DNA of 64,000 nt. Source: Macrostomum lignano (lineage: Eukaryota). Shown here piece after piece: positions 39,120 through 52,114 of this stretch (its first letter is position 1; each line of letters begins with the position of its first letter). The notes below the pieces were generated by a model. It saw only the letters and a list, made by a program, of their open reading frames with translations, made no database searches and was not told where the DNA came from. The translations under genes and the position numbers were made by a program. The stretch covers positions 186,001 to 250,000 of the forward strand of contig NIVC01000028.1 of NCBI GenBank assembly GCA_002269645.1, in the 5' to 3' direction.

Positions 39120-42100
39120 AGAGCACACATCACTTCACCACGTTCTCATTGTGCGATATTTTTAACATCACTACATCATGCTTTCATCCTCCGATATTGT
39201 TTGTCAACATCACTCCACCATGCTCTTATCCTCCGATATTGTCAACATCACTTCAGCATGTTCTCATCCTCCGATATTGTCAACATCACTCCACCATGCT
39301 CCCATCCCTCCAATAAGTCAACATCACTCCACCATGATCTCACCCTCCAATTAGTCAACATCACTCCACCATGCTCTCACCCTCCAATTAGTCAACATCA
39401 CTCTACCATGCTCCCATCCCTCCAATTAGTCAACATCACTCTACCATGCTCTCACCCTCCAATTAGTCAAAATCACTGCACCATGCTCCCACCCTCCAAT
39501 TAGTCAACATCACTCTACCATGCTCTCACCGCTCCAATTAGTCAACATCACTCCACCATGCTCCCATCCCTCCAATTAGTCAACATCACTCCAACATGCT
39601 CTCACCCTCCAATTAGTCAACATCACTCCACCATGCTCTCACCCTCCAATTAGTCAACATCACTCTACCATGCTCCCATCCCTCCAATTAGTCAACATCA
39701 CTCCACCATGCTCTCACCCTCCAATTAGTCAACATCACTCTACCATGCTCTCACCCTCCAATTCGTCAACATCACTCCACCATGCTCCCACCCTCCAATT
39801 AGTTAACATCACTCTACCATGCTCTCACCCTCCAATTAGTCAACATCACTCCACCATGCTCTCACGCTCCAATTAGTCAACATCACTCCACCATGCTCCC
39901 ATCCCTCCAATTAGTCAACATCACTCCACCATGCTCTCACCCTCCAATTAGTCAACATCACTGCACCATGCTCCCACCCTCCAATTAGTCAACATCACTC
40001 TACCATGCTCTCACCCTCCAATTCGTCAACATCACTCCACCATGCTCCAACCCTCCAATTAGTCAACATCACTCCAACATGCTCTCACCCTCCAATTAGT
40101 CAACATCACTCCACCATGCTCTCACCCTCCAATTAGTCAACATCACTCTACCATGCTCTCACCCTCCAATTAGTCAACATCACTGCACCATGCTCCCACC
40201 CTCCAATTAGTCAACATCACTCTACCATGCTCTCACCGCTCCAATTAGTCAACATCACTCTACCATGCTCCCATCCCTCCAATTAGTCAACATCACTCCA
40301 ACATGCTCTCACCCTCCAATTAGTCAACATCACTCCACCATGCTCTCACCCTCCAATTAGTCAACATCACTCTACCATGCTCCCATCCCTCCAATTAGTC
40401 AACATCACTCCACCATGCTCTCACCCTCCAATTAGTCAACATCACTGCACCATGCTCCCACCCTCCAATTAGTCAACATCACTCTACCATGCTCTCACCC
40501 TCCAATTCGTCAACATCACTCCACCATGCTCCCACCCTCCAATTAGTTAACATCACTCTACCATGCTCTCACCCTCCAATTAGTCAACATCACTCCACCA
40601 TGCTCTCACGCTCCAATTAGTCAACATCACTCCACCATGCTCTCACCCTCCAATTAGTCAACATCACTGCACCATGCTCCCACCCTCCAATTAGTCAACA
40701 TCACTCTACCATGCTCTCACCCTCCAATTCGTCAACATCACTCCACCGTGCTCCAACCCTCCAATTAGTCAACATCACTCCACCATGCTCTCACCCTCCA
40801 ATTAGTCAACATCACTGCACCATGCTCCCACCCTCCAATTCGTCAACATCACTCCACCATGCTCCAACCCTCCAATTAGTCAACATCACTCCACCATGCT
40901 CTCACCCTCCAATTAGTCAACATCACTCTACCATGCTCTCACCCTCCAATTCGTCAACATCACTCTACCATGCTCCCATCCCTCCAATTAGTCAACATCA
41001 CTCTACCATGCTCTCACCCTCCAATTAGTCAACATCACTCCACCATGCTCTCACCCTCCAATTAGTTAACATCACTTCACCATGCTCTCACCCTCCAATT
41101 ACTCAACATCACTTCACCATGCTCTCACCCTCCAATTAGTCAACATCACTCCACCATGCTCTCACCCTCCAATTAGTTAACATCACTCCACCATGCTCTC
41201 ACCCTCCAATTAGTCAACATCACTCCACCATGCTCTCACACCTCCAATTAGTTAACATCACTTCACCATGCTCTCACGCTCCAATTAGTCAACATCACTC
41301 CACCATGCTCTCACGCTCCAATTAGTCAACATCACTCCACCATGCTCTCACCCTCCAATTAGTCAACATCACTCTACCATGCTCCCATCCCTCCAATTAG
41401 TCAACATCACTCCACCATGCTCTCACCCTCCAATTAGTCAACATCACTCTACCATGCTCTCACCCTCCAATTCGTCAACATCACTCCACCATGCTCCCAC
41501 CCTCCAATTAGTTAACATCACTCTACCATGCTCTCACCCTCCAATTAGTCAACATCACTCCACCATGCTCTCACGCTCCAATTAGTCAACATCACTCCAC
41601 CATGCTCCCATCCCTCCAATTAGTCAACATCACTCCACCATGCTCTCACCCTCCAATTAGTCAACATCACTGCACCATGCTCCCACCCTCCAATTAGTCA
41701 ACATCACTCTACCATGCTCTCACCCTCCAATTCGTCAACATCACTCCACCATGCTCCAACCCTCCAATTAGTCAACATCACTCCAACATGCTCTCACCCT
41801 CCAATTAGTCAACATCACTCCACCATGCTCTCACCCTCCAATTAGTCAACATCACTCTACCATGCTCTCACCCTCCAATTAGTCAACATCACTGCACCAT
41901 GCTCCCACCCTCCAATTAGTCAACATCACTCTACCATGCTCTCACCGCTCCAATTAGTCAACATCACTCTACCATGCTCCCATCCCTCCAATTAGTCAAC
42001 ATCACTCCAACATGCTCTCACCCTCCAATTAGTCAACATCACTCCACCATGCTCTCACCCTCCAATTAGTCAACATCACTCTACCATGCTCCCATCCCTC

Positions 42101-43310
42101 CAATTAGTCAACATCACTCCACCATGCTCTCACCCTCCAATTAGTCAACATCACTGCACCATGCTCCCACCCTCCAATTAGTCAACATCACTCTACCATG
42201 CTCTCACCCTCCAATTCGTCAACATCACTCCACCATGCTCCCACCCTCCAATTAGTTAACATCACTCTACCATGCTCTCACCCTCCAATTAGTCAACATC
42301 ACTCCACCATGCTCTCACGCTCCAATTAGTCAACATCACTCCACCATGCTCTCACCCTCCAATTAGTCAACATCACTGCACCATGCTCCCACCCTCCAAT
42401 TAGTCAACATCACTCTACCATGCTCTCACCCTCCAATTCGTCAACATCACTCCACCATGCTCCAACCCTCCAATTAGTCAACATCACTCCACCATGCTCT
42501 CACCCTCCAATTAGTCAACATCACTGCACCATGCTCCCACCCTCCAATTCGTCAACATCACTCCACCATGCTCCAACCCTCCAATTAGTCAACATCACTC
42601 CACCATGCTCTCACCCTCCAATTAGTCAACATCACTCTACCATGCTCTCACCCTCCAATTCGTCAACATCACTCTACCATGCTCCCATCCCTCCAATTAG
42701 TCAACATCACTCTACCATGCTCTCACCCTCCAATTAGTCAACATCACTCCACCATGCTCTCACCCTCCAATTAGTTAACATCACTTCACCATGCTCTCAC
42801 CCTCCAATTACTCAACATCACTTCACCATGCTCTCACCCTCCAATTAGTCAACATCACTCCACCATGCTCTCACCCTCCAATTAGTTAACATCACTCCAC
42901 CATGCTCTCACCCTCCAATTAGTCAACATCACTCCACCATGCTCTCACACCTCCAATTAGTTAACATCACTTCACCATGCTCTCACGCTCCAATTAGTCA
43001 ACATCACTCCACCATGCTCTCACGCTCCAATTAGTCAACATCACTCCACCATGCTCTCACCCTCCAATTAGTCAACATCACTCCACCATGCTCTCACCCT
43101 CCAATTAGTCAACATCACTCCACCATGCTCTCACCCTCCAATTAGTCAACATCACTCCACCATGCTCTCACCCTCCAATTAGTCAACATCACTCCACCAT
43201 GCTCTCACCTCTCCAATTAGTCAACATCACTCCACCATGCTCTCACGCTCCAATTAGTTAACATCACTCCAGCATGCTCCCACCCTCCAATTAGTCAACA
43301 TCACTCTATG
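39120..43310. repeat. 37-bp satellite (CAACATCACTCCACCATGCTCTCACCCTCCAATTAGT)n filling tetraspanin intron 2; 1709-bp higher-order duplication
   Basis: Near-identical ORF pairs at 39670/41379 and 40711/42420 are both offset by 1709 bp. Confidence 0.97.
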
Positions 43311-43431
43311 AAAACCAGGTATAAAAGCACGTCTTGCATGTCTCACAAGAGACCTACACGTTTACATTTTCTCAGTCAAATGCATCGAATGAAAAGTAAC
43401 AAAGACAAAACCATAGAAAGGTTTAACTCAC

Positions 43432-43620
43432 TTCGCTCATTAGTTTGTTAACCAAGTCCGTGAACTCCTGTCCGTCATTGCGAGTGTTGTTGCCGTACAG
43501 ATTCTGAACCGCGTCCTTCAGTAAATTGGTGATTTCCCGTAGTTCTTCATTGGCGCTCGTAGTCAAAGTGTAGAAAGTGATCAAGTTTCCCAACAGCATG
43601 AATATCAGAAAGCCAGAATA
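43432..43620 (-). CDS. Tetraspanin exon 2 (YSGFLIFMLLGNLITFYTL...TDLVNKLMSE; TM3 and EC2 helices)
   Basis: Acceptor AAAATTTCAG, donor GTGAGT; 189 nt, phase 0. Confidence 0.9.
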
Positions 43621-44319
43621 CTGAAATTTTATTTAAATCGGGTAGCAGATTTGCAGCTACATGTACAAGTTGAACCGGTCTATTATAAGTATCCTTAACT
43701 TAATTATAAGTAGCTAGTACACTTAAAACTACCAGTACCTGGGGATGGATTAGCTAAAGAGGTAAATCCCATCGCTACCCGTGATTCGAGTTAGTGCGCT
43801 ATATAGACACCTAAACTTGGATCGAGGCATTGAGACCTATTCAAGTTTAGGTTATACCCATTCCTGTCAACATAACTACGCTCGGATGCAGCTTAACTTT
43901 AAAATCAGACCCTCAAAAGTCACTATAGAAACAGAAGTTATGATCCTACCAAAACGGCAACTATTAGGAATTGTCAGGAGTTATCAGATATTATCCAAAT
44001 AAATGATTTTAAAAAGGCGTAATCTAACTGGATCTGTTTCCAATAGATGTCCGACTTTCAAATAGATAGCGGAAACTATACTTGCATCCAAGTTTTATTG
44101 ATAGCATAGAAGATTAACAAATCGAGTTCGGGTCATAATTTTCGGCAATTGTTTAACTTTTAATGATATCGGACACCCACTTAGCGTTCAAAAAATCAGG
44201 AAAATCGGGAGCATATTAACTATCTAAACTTAAAGAAGTTCGCACAATTTTTTATCTTAAGCCTAAGGGCCAGGGAGAGAATCCAGCGCATGACTGCGGG
44301 TCAGATTAGATGGAGAGTG

Positions 44320-45470
44320 GAGAGGGAATAGAGAAGACAGAGAAGATGAGAGGAGATGAGAGATGAAGTAGGAGAGGGAAGAGGAGAAGAGAATGAGGAA
44401 GGGAGAGGAGAGGAGAGAAGAGAAGAGAAGGGAGAAGAAGAGTGGAGAGGAGAAAATGAGAGGAGAGGAGAGAATAGAGATGGGAGGAGAGGATAGGAGA
44501 GGAGAGTAGAGGAGAGGAGAGGAGAGGAGAGTAGAGGAGAGGAGAGGAGAGGAGAGGAGAGGAGAGGAGAGGAGAGGAGAGGAGAGGAGAGGAGAGGAGG
44601 GGAGAGGAGAGGAGGGGAGAGGAGAGGAGAGGAGAGGAGAGGAGAGGAGAGTAGAGGAGAGGAGATGAGAGGAGAGGAGAGGAGAGGAGAGGAGAGGAGA
44701 GGAGAGGAGAGGAGAGGAGAGGAGAGGAGAGGAGAGGAGAGGGGAGAGGAGAGGAAAGGAGAGGAGAGGAGAGGAGAGAGAGGAGAGGAGAGAGAGGAGA
44801 GGAGAGGAGAGGAGAGGAGAGGAGAGGAGGGAGAGGAGAGGAGAGGAGAGGAGAGGAGAGGAGAGGAGAGGAGAGGAGAGGAGAGGAGAGGAGGGGAGAG
44901 GAGAGGAGAGGAGAGGAGAGGAGAGGAGAGGAGAGGAGAGGAGAGGAGAGGAGAGGAGAGAGGAGAGGAGAGGAGAGGAGAGGAGAGGAGTGTAGAGGAG
45001 AGGAGAAGAGAGGAGAGGAGAGAAGAGGAGAGGAGAGGAGAGGAGAGGAGAGGAGAGGAGAGGAGAGGAGAGGAGAGGAGAGGAGAGGAGAGGAGAGGAG
45101 AGGAGAGGAGAGGAGAGGAGAGGAGAGGAGAGGAGAGGAGAGAGAGAGGAGAGGAGAGGAGAGGAGAGGAGAGGAGAGGAGAGGAGAGGAGAGGAGAGGA
45201 GGGAGAGGAGAGGAGAGGAGAGGAGAGGAGAGGAGAGGAGAGGAGAGGAGAGGAGAGGAGAGGAGAGGAGAGGAGAGGAGAGGAGAGGAGAGGAGTGTAG
45301 AGGAGAGGAGAAGAGAGGAGAGGAGAGAAGAGGAGAGGAGAGGAGAGGAGAGGAGAGGAGAGGAGAGGAGAGGAGAGGAGAGGAGAGGAGAGGAGAGGAG
45401 AGGAGAGGAGAGGAGAGGAGAGGAGAGGAGAGGAGAGGAGAGGAGAGGAGAGGAGAGGAAAGGAGAGGAA
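44320..45470. repeat. (GAGGA)n pentanucleotide microsatellite in tetraspanin intron 1
   Basis: Directly visible; produces the LLSSP run of the 487-aa ORF. Confidence 0.97.
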
Positions 45471-45497
45471 TTTATGAATGAAGAGACGAGAACTCAC

Positions 45498-45764
45498 CAC
45501 TTTGTGCAGCCATCGCGCGTTCAGCAGGGCCACGCCGAGCCCAAACAAGCCGATGAAGAAGTCAATGACACCGACAGAGATTGTGAGGGTGCTGCCAGTT
45601 TTAAAGCCGGCCTCAATAAATCCCAGTACATCTTCCTCTTCATTAACGGTTTTGTTGTAGGTGACGGAGCCGAAGATGATAAGTCCGAGGCCCGACACAA
45701 TGAACATGCCGGCTATGACCAGTGGAGTGATCTTCCAGAACAACGGCGGTAAATTTCTGATCAT
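45498..45764 (-). CDS. Tetraspanin exon 1 (89 aa; TM1, small loop, TM2)
   Basis: AACAAA-ATG; two hydrophobic helices ending GLFGLGVALLNARWLHKV; donor GTGAGT at 45497; joins exons 2-5 in frame to a 262-aa four-TM protein with 6 EC2 cysteines. Family clear, orthologue not assignable. Confidence 0.9.
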
Positions 45765-46637
45765 TTTGTTGCCCGCTTTCGATGCCGAATACGAATTATT
45801 AAACTAAATAAACTGACAGCAACTGTTATGAATCTTTCCTTCTCCTAGCGTTGTCTTCCTCCTTTTTTCTCCTCGTTGTAGTCGTATTTTTTCTGCTGCT
45901 TGCCTCTTTTTAGAACGACTAAAAAAGCTGGGTCGCTAGTCGCTGATCTTGAGTAGCCGATGCTCCCTGTAAAAATATTTCTCGCCAGCCAGCCGGCTGT
46001 GAGAGCCATAGACAAATTCATAATGCCGTCAGCTTACAGTGGGTCTATTAATTCCTGCTGCATCAGAAAATATGAACTCGATCTGCTGGAGCGCTGTGGC
46101 CACTCCCTAGTGAAACGCCCTCGATGACATTGTCTCAGAACCAGCGTTGAGAGAAAATTCTTACCATTCTACTGATTCTTGAGCACATACAAGCGTGTAA
46201 TTATAGTTTACATCAGTAACACACAAATATTGGTACATCCAGCTATTACCAAATATAGATATGTACAATTTTTTCGAATTGTCAAAACGAAGAGGCATCA
46301 ATGTTTGCGTTCACAGGCACGCCAAAGCGAACAATCCCTACACAGAGCCGCACAGGCAAACGTCAACAGAGCTCATCATCATAAAGCCCGTATCAGTTTT
46401 TCAATCCACTTCTACTGCCGTTCAATGCGGGCGGGGGTTTGCAAATTTTTATGGATTCCGGAGCCGCTTCATCATTCATTGAGTGCAGAATTCTTGCTGA
46501 ATGCGCAGAAAGCCAGGTAGGTGCATTATTAATGGGATGGGGCAGCGCTTCTCTGGCTCTGGGATTGTTGCTGGTTGCCATGCTGTTGCTAGCGGGTCAT
46601 TTAATGCAGCAGGCAAGAGATGAGGGAGCGACCCGAA

Positions 46638-46672
46638 TTCCCGGCCTGGGAATAGGTTTCCCAGGCCGGGAA
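46638..46672. other. Perfect 15-bp GC-rich inverted repeat with 5-nt loop
   Basis: TTCCCGGCCTGGGAA-TAGGT-TTCCCAGGCCGGGAA. Confidence 0.9.
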
Positions 46673-48051
46673 CCACGATAGCCTGAAGGCATCGTGGAAA
46701 ATCAATAATTAAGTTTTTGTTGAACTTGTTTGCATGTTGAACTTTTCAGGTGTCCTACTCGAAATTTTCTATGAAATATCTAATTTTTTGTACATGATAT
46801 TGACAGCCCTGGTCTCATCATAATGTTTCTCTGCTACTTAGCCAACCCCTGCACAGTTTTAGGCATTTTTCACTAAATTGAAATGCAAAGATATACGACT
46901 GAGGTTATTTCTGACGCCTGTTCTTCTCCGTACACTGCCTGATCGCTGCCTGGCAATTGCAGAATCTTCATGGTCGATTTACATTTCTAACCTAACCTAA
47001 AACCTATGGATTATCCATAACTCATATTTGTATATTAGGATTAGGAATTCGCAGTGCCGCTCCAGTGTTACCGGAGAGAGGCTCGAAAAAAGCATCGACC
47101 TGCTGTACTGGAACGACACCTAAATCTAAGCCTACTACCTGAACGTGCTCATTCAGACCGAGAGCACCAACTAGCTCGTACACGCGTTCTGCTTACACCT
47201 ACGCTCCAGCTGGAGGCCTTGGGGACTGTCTGCTTAGAACATCGAACATTCAATTCACCACTCGAGACCGCGGATGGAGCAGCTGCTTAATCAACTATGC
47301 AGCTAAATATGAGCAGCCTCACTGGTACGCTTGCTGCCCCTTCTCCGGTCCGTCCGGCAAGTACTTCAACTACCCGACGGCGCTGAACTTGCCAGTTCCA
47401 GACCGAGCCAAGGGCATTTTTTGGATTTGCAACAGACCCAAAAACGTCTCTGATGTGTATTTATAAAGCTTCAAGCAGCTGGAGATTCTCATGCTCACCT
47501 GAGTTCTTCAAGCCGCATTGGCAAAATGCTGAGCGTGTCGCAACGATTTTACATTTCCAATATCGTTTTTCTCGCGTTAACTTGCTGGATGTCTTCTGTC
47601 CTGAGTTTCAGCTCCTGTAGGTCTTTTACTTTGCTGCCAACTCTTAGTAGTGCAAACCCCTTTTGTTTGTAATTCTCTTTTATAATTATATTTAGCTGAG
47701 AGTCAGCATCCCAAACTTCTATTCTGCTTGAGTCCAATGCGCCCCTTGCTGGCAGCTAAGGAGCTCCAGTCTGACCATGTGTCCCCCACAGACCATATAG
47801 AATATAGACTGCGAATCTCGGGGGCCTGCCTAGGCGTGTTGTGGGACAAAAAAGCAACGCAAAAAATGGTCCTTTCCCCAAAGCCCCACTTCGATCGATA
47901 TCTGGTACAAAAAATGGGACTGTCTCATTTTTCAAGCGGGCCAGTGCTTGAAATTTACTCATTATAAAGAGTTTTAAAACTCAGGGAGGCAAAATAAACA
48001 ATTCCTTGCAGAAATATCCCGTAAAAACTCAATTAATAAGCATTCTTATCA

Positions 48052-48415
48052 ATGCAGCCAGCTTCTAGCGTATCGAAAAAAGAGAAGAGCGCCAGAAAGT
48101 GTGGCAGCTATTGCTGTGCTTTTGGCTGCTCAAGCAAGTCCTCAGTGACGACTGGAGTATCCTTTCGCTCCTTTCCGAAGGACGATGAGCTGAGGCAAAA
48201 ATGGATCGCGGCAATTCATCGAGAAGGCTTTCAGCCGTCATCATCATCAAGAATTTGCTCCGAGCACTTCTCTCCATCGTGATTCGTGCTTCGTTGAGCA
48301 ATTTAATGCCTCTCAGCAAATGTGCAAAAGACGGCTGTATCCAGGAGCGATTCCATCGATTTTTCCTGCCTTTCCAAGCCATCTGCAACCTGCGCAGAAA
48401 AAGAGGAGGACAATG
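48052..48415 (+). pseudogene. THAP zinc-finger domain gene, frameshifted (probable transposon-derived relic)
   Basis: YCCAFGC...FRSFPKDDELRQKWIAAIHREGFQPSSSSRICSEHF (C2CH, conserved P/W/F). After TGA at 48280 the domain resumes in another frame: CFVEQF...KRRLYPGAIPSIF (AVPTIF-type motif). Confidence 0.85.
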
Positions 48416-48420
48416 GTAGA

Positions 48421-48520
48421 TTGTATAGTATGCAACTGAGTTGAATAATGGCCAAAACTCGAGTGCGCGTAGCGCACGAGTGTCTATGGCCATTATTCAA
48501 CGAAGTTGCATACTATACAA
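48421..48520. repeat. 100-bp near-perfect palindrome
   Basis: 34-bp arms 48421-48454 and 48487-48520 with 2 mismatches; inner stem GTGCGC-GTA-GCGCAC. Confidence 0.9.
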
Positions 48521-48739
48521 GTGCATTGTATTTATACTTTCACTCAGCGCTCAGTCATTATTCCACACTTTTGCGGCCATTATTCCACACTTTTGTCGCT
48601 GTCATTATTCCACACTTTTTATCATGCTTCAATTGGCTGTTTTAAGAGTTGTTTTACCCAAAGACAACTGAGTTGTGTGGCTTAGTTTCACCATAGACAA
48701 CACTGTGATGAGTGCTGATTTTTCTTGCGTCTTGCAAGA

Positions 48740-48910
48740 AATCAGGAAAGCGAGTAGTGGGAGAAAAAGCTATTTGTCTTGTCAAACAACCATGGCTGGT
48801 GCATCTCGTCAAACAGCCGCGCTTATTAATTGAAAAAATCTTCCTGTCGACGACTGAACGAACCGTGCGGCGCTACCTAGGAAGAAAACTCGACCATGCA
48901 GTCTTCAACG
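48740..48910 (+). pseudogene. Weak P-element/THAP9-like transposase remnant
   Basis: SGKR...KQPRLLIEKIFLSTTERTVRRYL resembles the GRRY...SP..Y..L...LPS.RTLRRW segment that follows THAP in P-type transposases; similarity judged by eye only. Confidence 0.3.
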
Positions 48911-49649
48911 CCTCGACGGCTATAAACGATGCCTGAAAGCGGCCAATCGATTCAGTCGAGCAGCCGACAGTCCCAAAGAATCCCAGCTTGGATACTGCGG
49001 TACCAAAGAAGCTCATCAGATGAAGCTTATCAGTCGCATGCCAATTTAACCAAGACGTGCATCTTTCAAATGGTAAGTTCGGCAACTATACTTGAGCACC
49101 TGTATTTCTCTTTCATAGAAAACATTCAACATAGACCAACTCCTTTTGCAGTGCCAAATCATCAGGCTAAAGTGTCGAGCATCGTTGGAAACTGCGGCTT
49201 TGAGAACTGTGCATGTTTCACTTTGGGTGACAAATTGATTTTTACATTGTCAAATTTCGACTACAAACTGATAAACTGCACTAGCTGTGACATTTATTAA
49301 TAACTCTTTTCGTGTAGCTGGTACTTTAGTTTTAATGATTTTTCCTTTTTGTTCATTTTCTTCTTATTTTTCTGTATTTACAAGCTGTTGAAACCCGCGG
49401 ATTTTGAACCCGGGGAACTCCATTCCCCAGAATTATTTTTGCATGTAATCTAAAATCTGAGGTCAAACTCAAACAAAAACTTGTTAATAGTTAGGATGGA
49501 GTTAAACATAAAATAGAGTATAGATTCGTGTAAAATTAGGATTTGAAGCAAACATTGATATTGTTGGCTGGGGTGCTGCGCAGAATGTCAGGCAAACTCT
49601 GGCCTCTGCCTCTGCCTCTCCCTATGTACTTTGCATCCTTTAAAACTTC

Positions 49650-50656
49650 CATCTTCTTTTCTGTTTCCTATCTTCTCTCACGTCTCTCGTCTCCTCTTTT
49701 TCTCCTCTTATCTCTTCTTTCTTCTCTTCTCTGTCCTCTCTCCTCTCTCCCCTCTTCTCTCGTCTCTTCCCTCTCCCCTCTATTCTTTTCTCTCACCTCC
49801 CTTCTCTCTCGTCTTCGCTCTCTTATATCTCATTTCTCTTCTTTTATCTTCTCTCTCTCTCTTATCTTTTCTCATTTCTCTCTTCTCTCTCTCCTCTCTT
49901 CTCTCTGCTCTCTCCTGTCCTATCTCTCTTCTCTCTAATCTCTCCTCTCTTTCCTCTCCTCTCTCGTCCTTTTCACCAATTTCCCCTGTCCTCTCAATTC
50001 TCTCCCTTCCCCTCCTCTCTCCTCACTCACTTCTCATCTCTCCCTTGTCCCCACATCTCATCTCTTATTTCTTATCTCTCCTCTCTTCTCTCTACTCTCC
50101 CATCTCTCGTCTATTCACTCTGGTTTCTGCTCTCTCATCTCCCCTCTCTCATCTGTCATCTTTACTCTCATATGTTCTCTCACCTCTCTCTTCTTGTACT
50201 CCTCTCTTTCCCCTTTTTTGACTCAGGACTCTCTTTCCTTTCTTCTTTCTTCTCGTCTCTTCTCTTCTCTCTTCTATACTCTCTCCCTCTCTTGTCTTCT
50301 CTCTTCTCTCTCCACTCTCCTCTCTCCTCTCTTATATCGTCTGTTCACTCTCATCTTTGCTCTCTCATATCCCTCTCTCTTCTGTCAGCTCTACTCTCCT
50401 CTCTACTGTGTACTCTTCTCTTTCTCCTCTTCTGACTCCTCTCTTTCCTTACTCCTCTCTTCTCTTCCCTCTTCTATACTCTCACCCCTCTATTCTCTTC
50501 TCTCGTCTCTCTGCACTCTGCTCTCTCTTCCTTCATCTCTCATCTCTACTCTCTCATCTTTCCTTTCATCTCCCTCATCTCTACAATCTCATCTCTTTTT
50601 TCTCTCCTCCTCTTCCCTTTACTCTATCATCTCTCCTTTGTCCTCTCTTCTTTCTC

Positions 50657-50742
<86 letters not shown>

Positions 50743-51100
50743 TCTTATCTCCTCTCTTCTCACTCCTCTCTCTCCCCTCTTATCTCCTCTCTTCTCTATC
50801 CTTTCTAATCTCTTCTCTCGATGCTCTCTCATTTGCCTCTCTGTTCTCTCATCTCTCATCTCTTCTCACTCTTCTCCACTCTCCTCTCTCATCGATCCTC
50901 TGTCTCATCTCTCCCTCTTCTCTCTCCATCTTCTCACCTCTACTATTTCGTCTCCCTTCTCTCTCCCCCTCTCGCTTCTTCGTCCCATATTCTCTGCTCT
51001 CTCCTCAACCCCCTCGTCTCTCCTGTTATCTTCTATCTGCTCTCTTATCCCCCTCTCGCCCCTCCTCCCTTTCTAATAGTCTATTCCTTTTCCTTTTCAC
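49650..51100. repeat. Degenerate CT-rich tract with a pure (CT)n core at ~50659-50738
   Basis: Directly visible. Confidence 0.95.
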
Positions 51101-52042
51101 TCTCATCTGGCCTGCAGCCATGAGCTGGATTCTTTATCTGGCCTTTGAGATAAAAATCTGCCGATCCCTGCTTCGAAAGCCAGTTTGTGCATGGGATGGG
51201 AAGTAATACTATCATGGTTGTTATTTGTTATCATTTCTCATGCTTTAATCGCGTCATCTTTCTGGCCAATTAGCAGCCCTGAGAGGAATTTGTGTATCTC
51301 CATTCCCCAGCTCCACCACCAGTCTGCAGCAGTCTAACAACCAAGGAAATACGCATTTCTTCGTAGCCATTTAAATTTTAAAGTTACCTTATGCGAATCT
51401 TAATGTTAAAAGCTTCATGCTTTAACTAACTAATTTAGTAGGATTGCATTGTAATCAGTTATTCATTAATTTTTCGATATTTTTACAAACCATCCCACAT
51501 CGCCTTGATTTGCCATCCTTGTTTAACTGCTGCAGACTTGTCTATTCAGAGGACAGTGGTTTGAAATTGAATCATCCTATATACTAAAAATGAGTTGTCT
51601 GTGGGTAGGTAGGTAGGTAGGTATGCGATAGATTTCAGAAAAAATGGCTCAACAGATTTTCTTCAAACTTGCACCATTCGATCAGAAATTTTCCTGGGAC
51701 GGTACATGCATCTTGGCTAAGAAATTGCTCAATGTTAAAGGGATTAAATATTCGAAAAACGTGCTTTTTTGCAAAGGTCAAGCAGCTCTTTCGACCTGAA
51801 ATGCGTTGTAAGAATGCTAGAGAAAAAACTGACTGACTGAATTCCAATTGTGATAAGGATTGCATCACAACCAGTTGAAAACAGTGCCGAAGAAATGCAC
51901 ACAAAACTTGATTTAAATTGCGTAACCACATTGCTAACTTAAATTGAGACTGATACTGGCTGACTGAGAAATTGATTATGTCATAAATTTTAACTCTAAC
52001 CGATTTGCAATAAGAATTTAATTATAAGGGCCACAATTCAAG

Positions 52043-52114
52043 GCAAGAGATACCATAGATGCGAACAGACTGGACTGCTAATGCTGCGACCTGGGTTCGA
52101 ATCTTAGTAGTGCA
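52043..52114 (+). other. tRNA-like Pol III cassette (A/B box) in Helitron unit 1; homologues at ~56163-56235, ~59478-59550, ~63625-63690
   Basis: A-box-like TAGCATAGATG/TAGCCTAGAGG, GACTGCTAA loop, B box GGTTCGAAT, followed by a T run; cloverleaf imperfect, so not a true tRNA. Confidence 0.6.

Noticed and set aside
26095-43310. Regular arrays as possible CRISPR arrays
   Set aside because: No unique spacers; eukaryotic context; no cas genes.
44301-45497. LLSSP-repeat extension of the 487-aa ORF
   Set aside because: Read-through into intron 1; the real exon ends at the GTGAGT donor at 45497.
47500-47760. Protein-like minus-strand frame (LDSSRIEVWDADSQLN...) and a nearby SAFCQC motif
   Set aside because: No complete SWIM or other motif; frames are interrupted; cannot be assigned without a search.
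51153-51171. AAAAATCTGCCGATCCCTG resembling a hAT right end
   Set aside because: No matching left TIR or TSD found.
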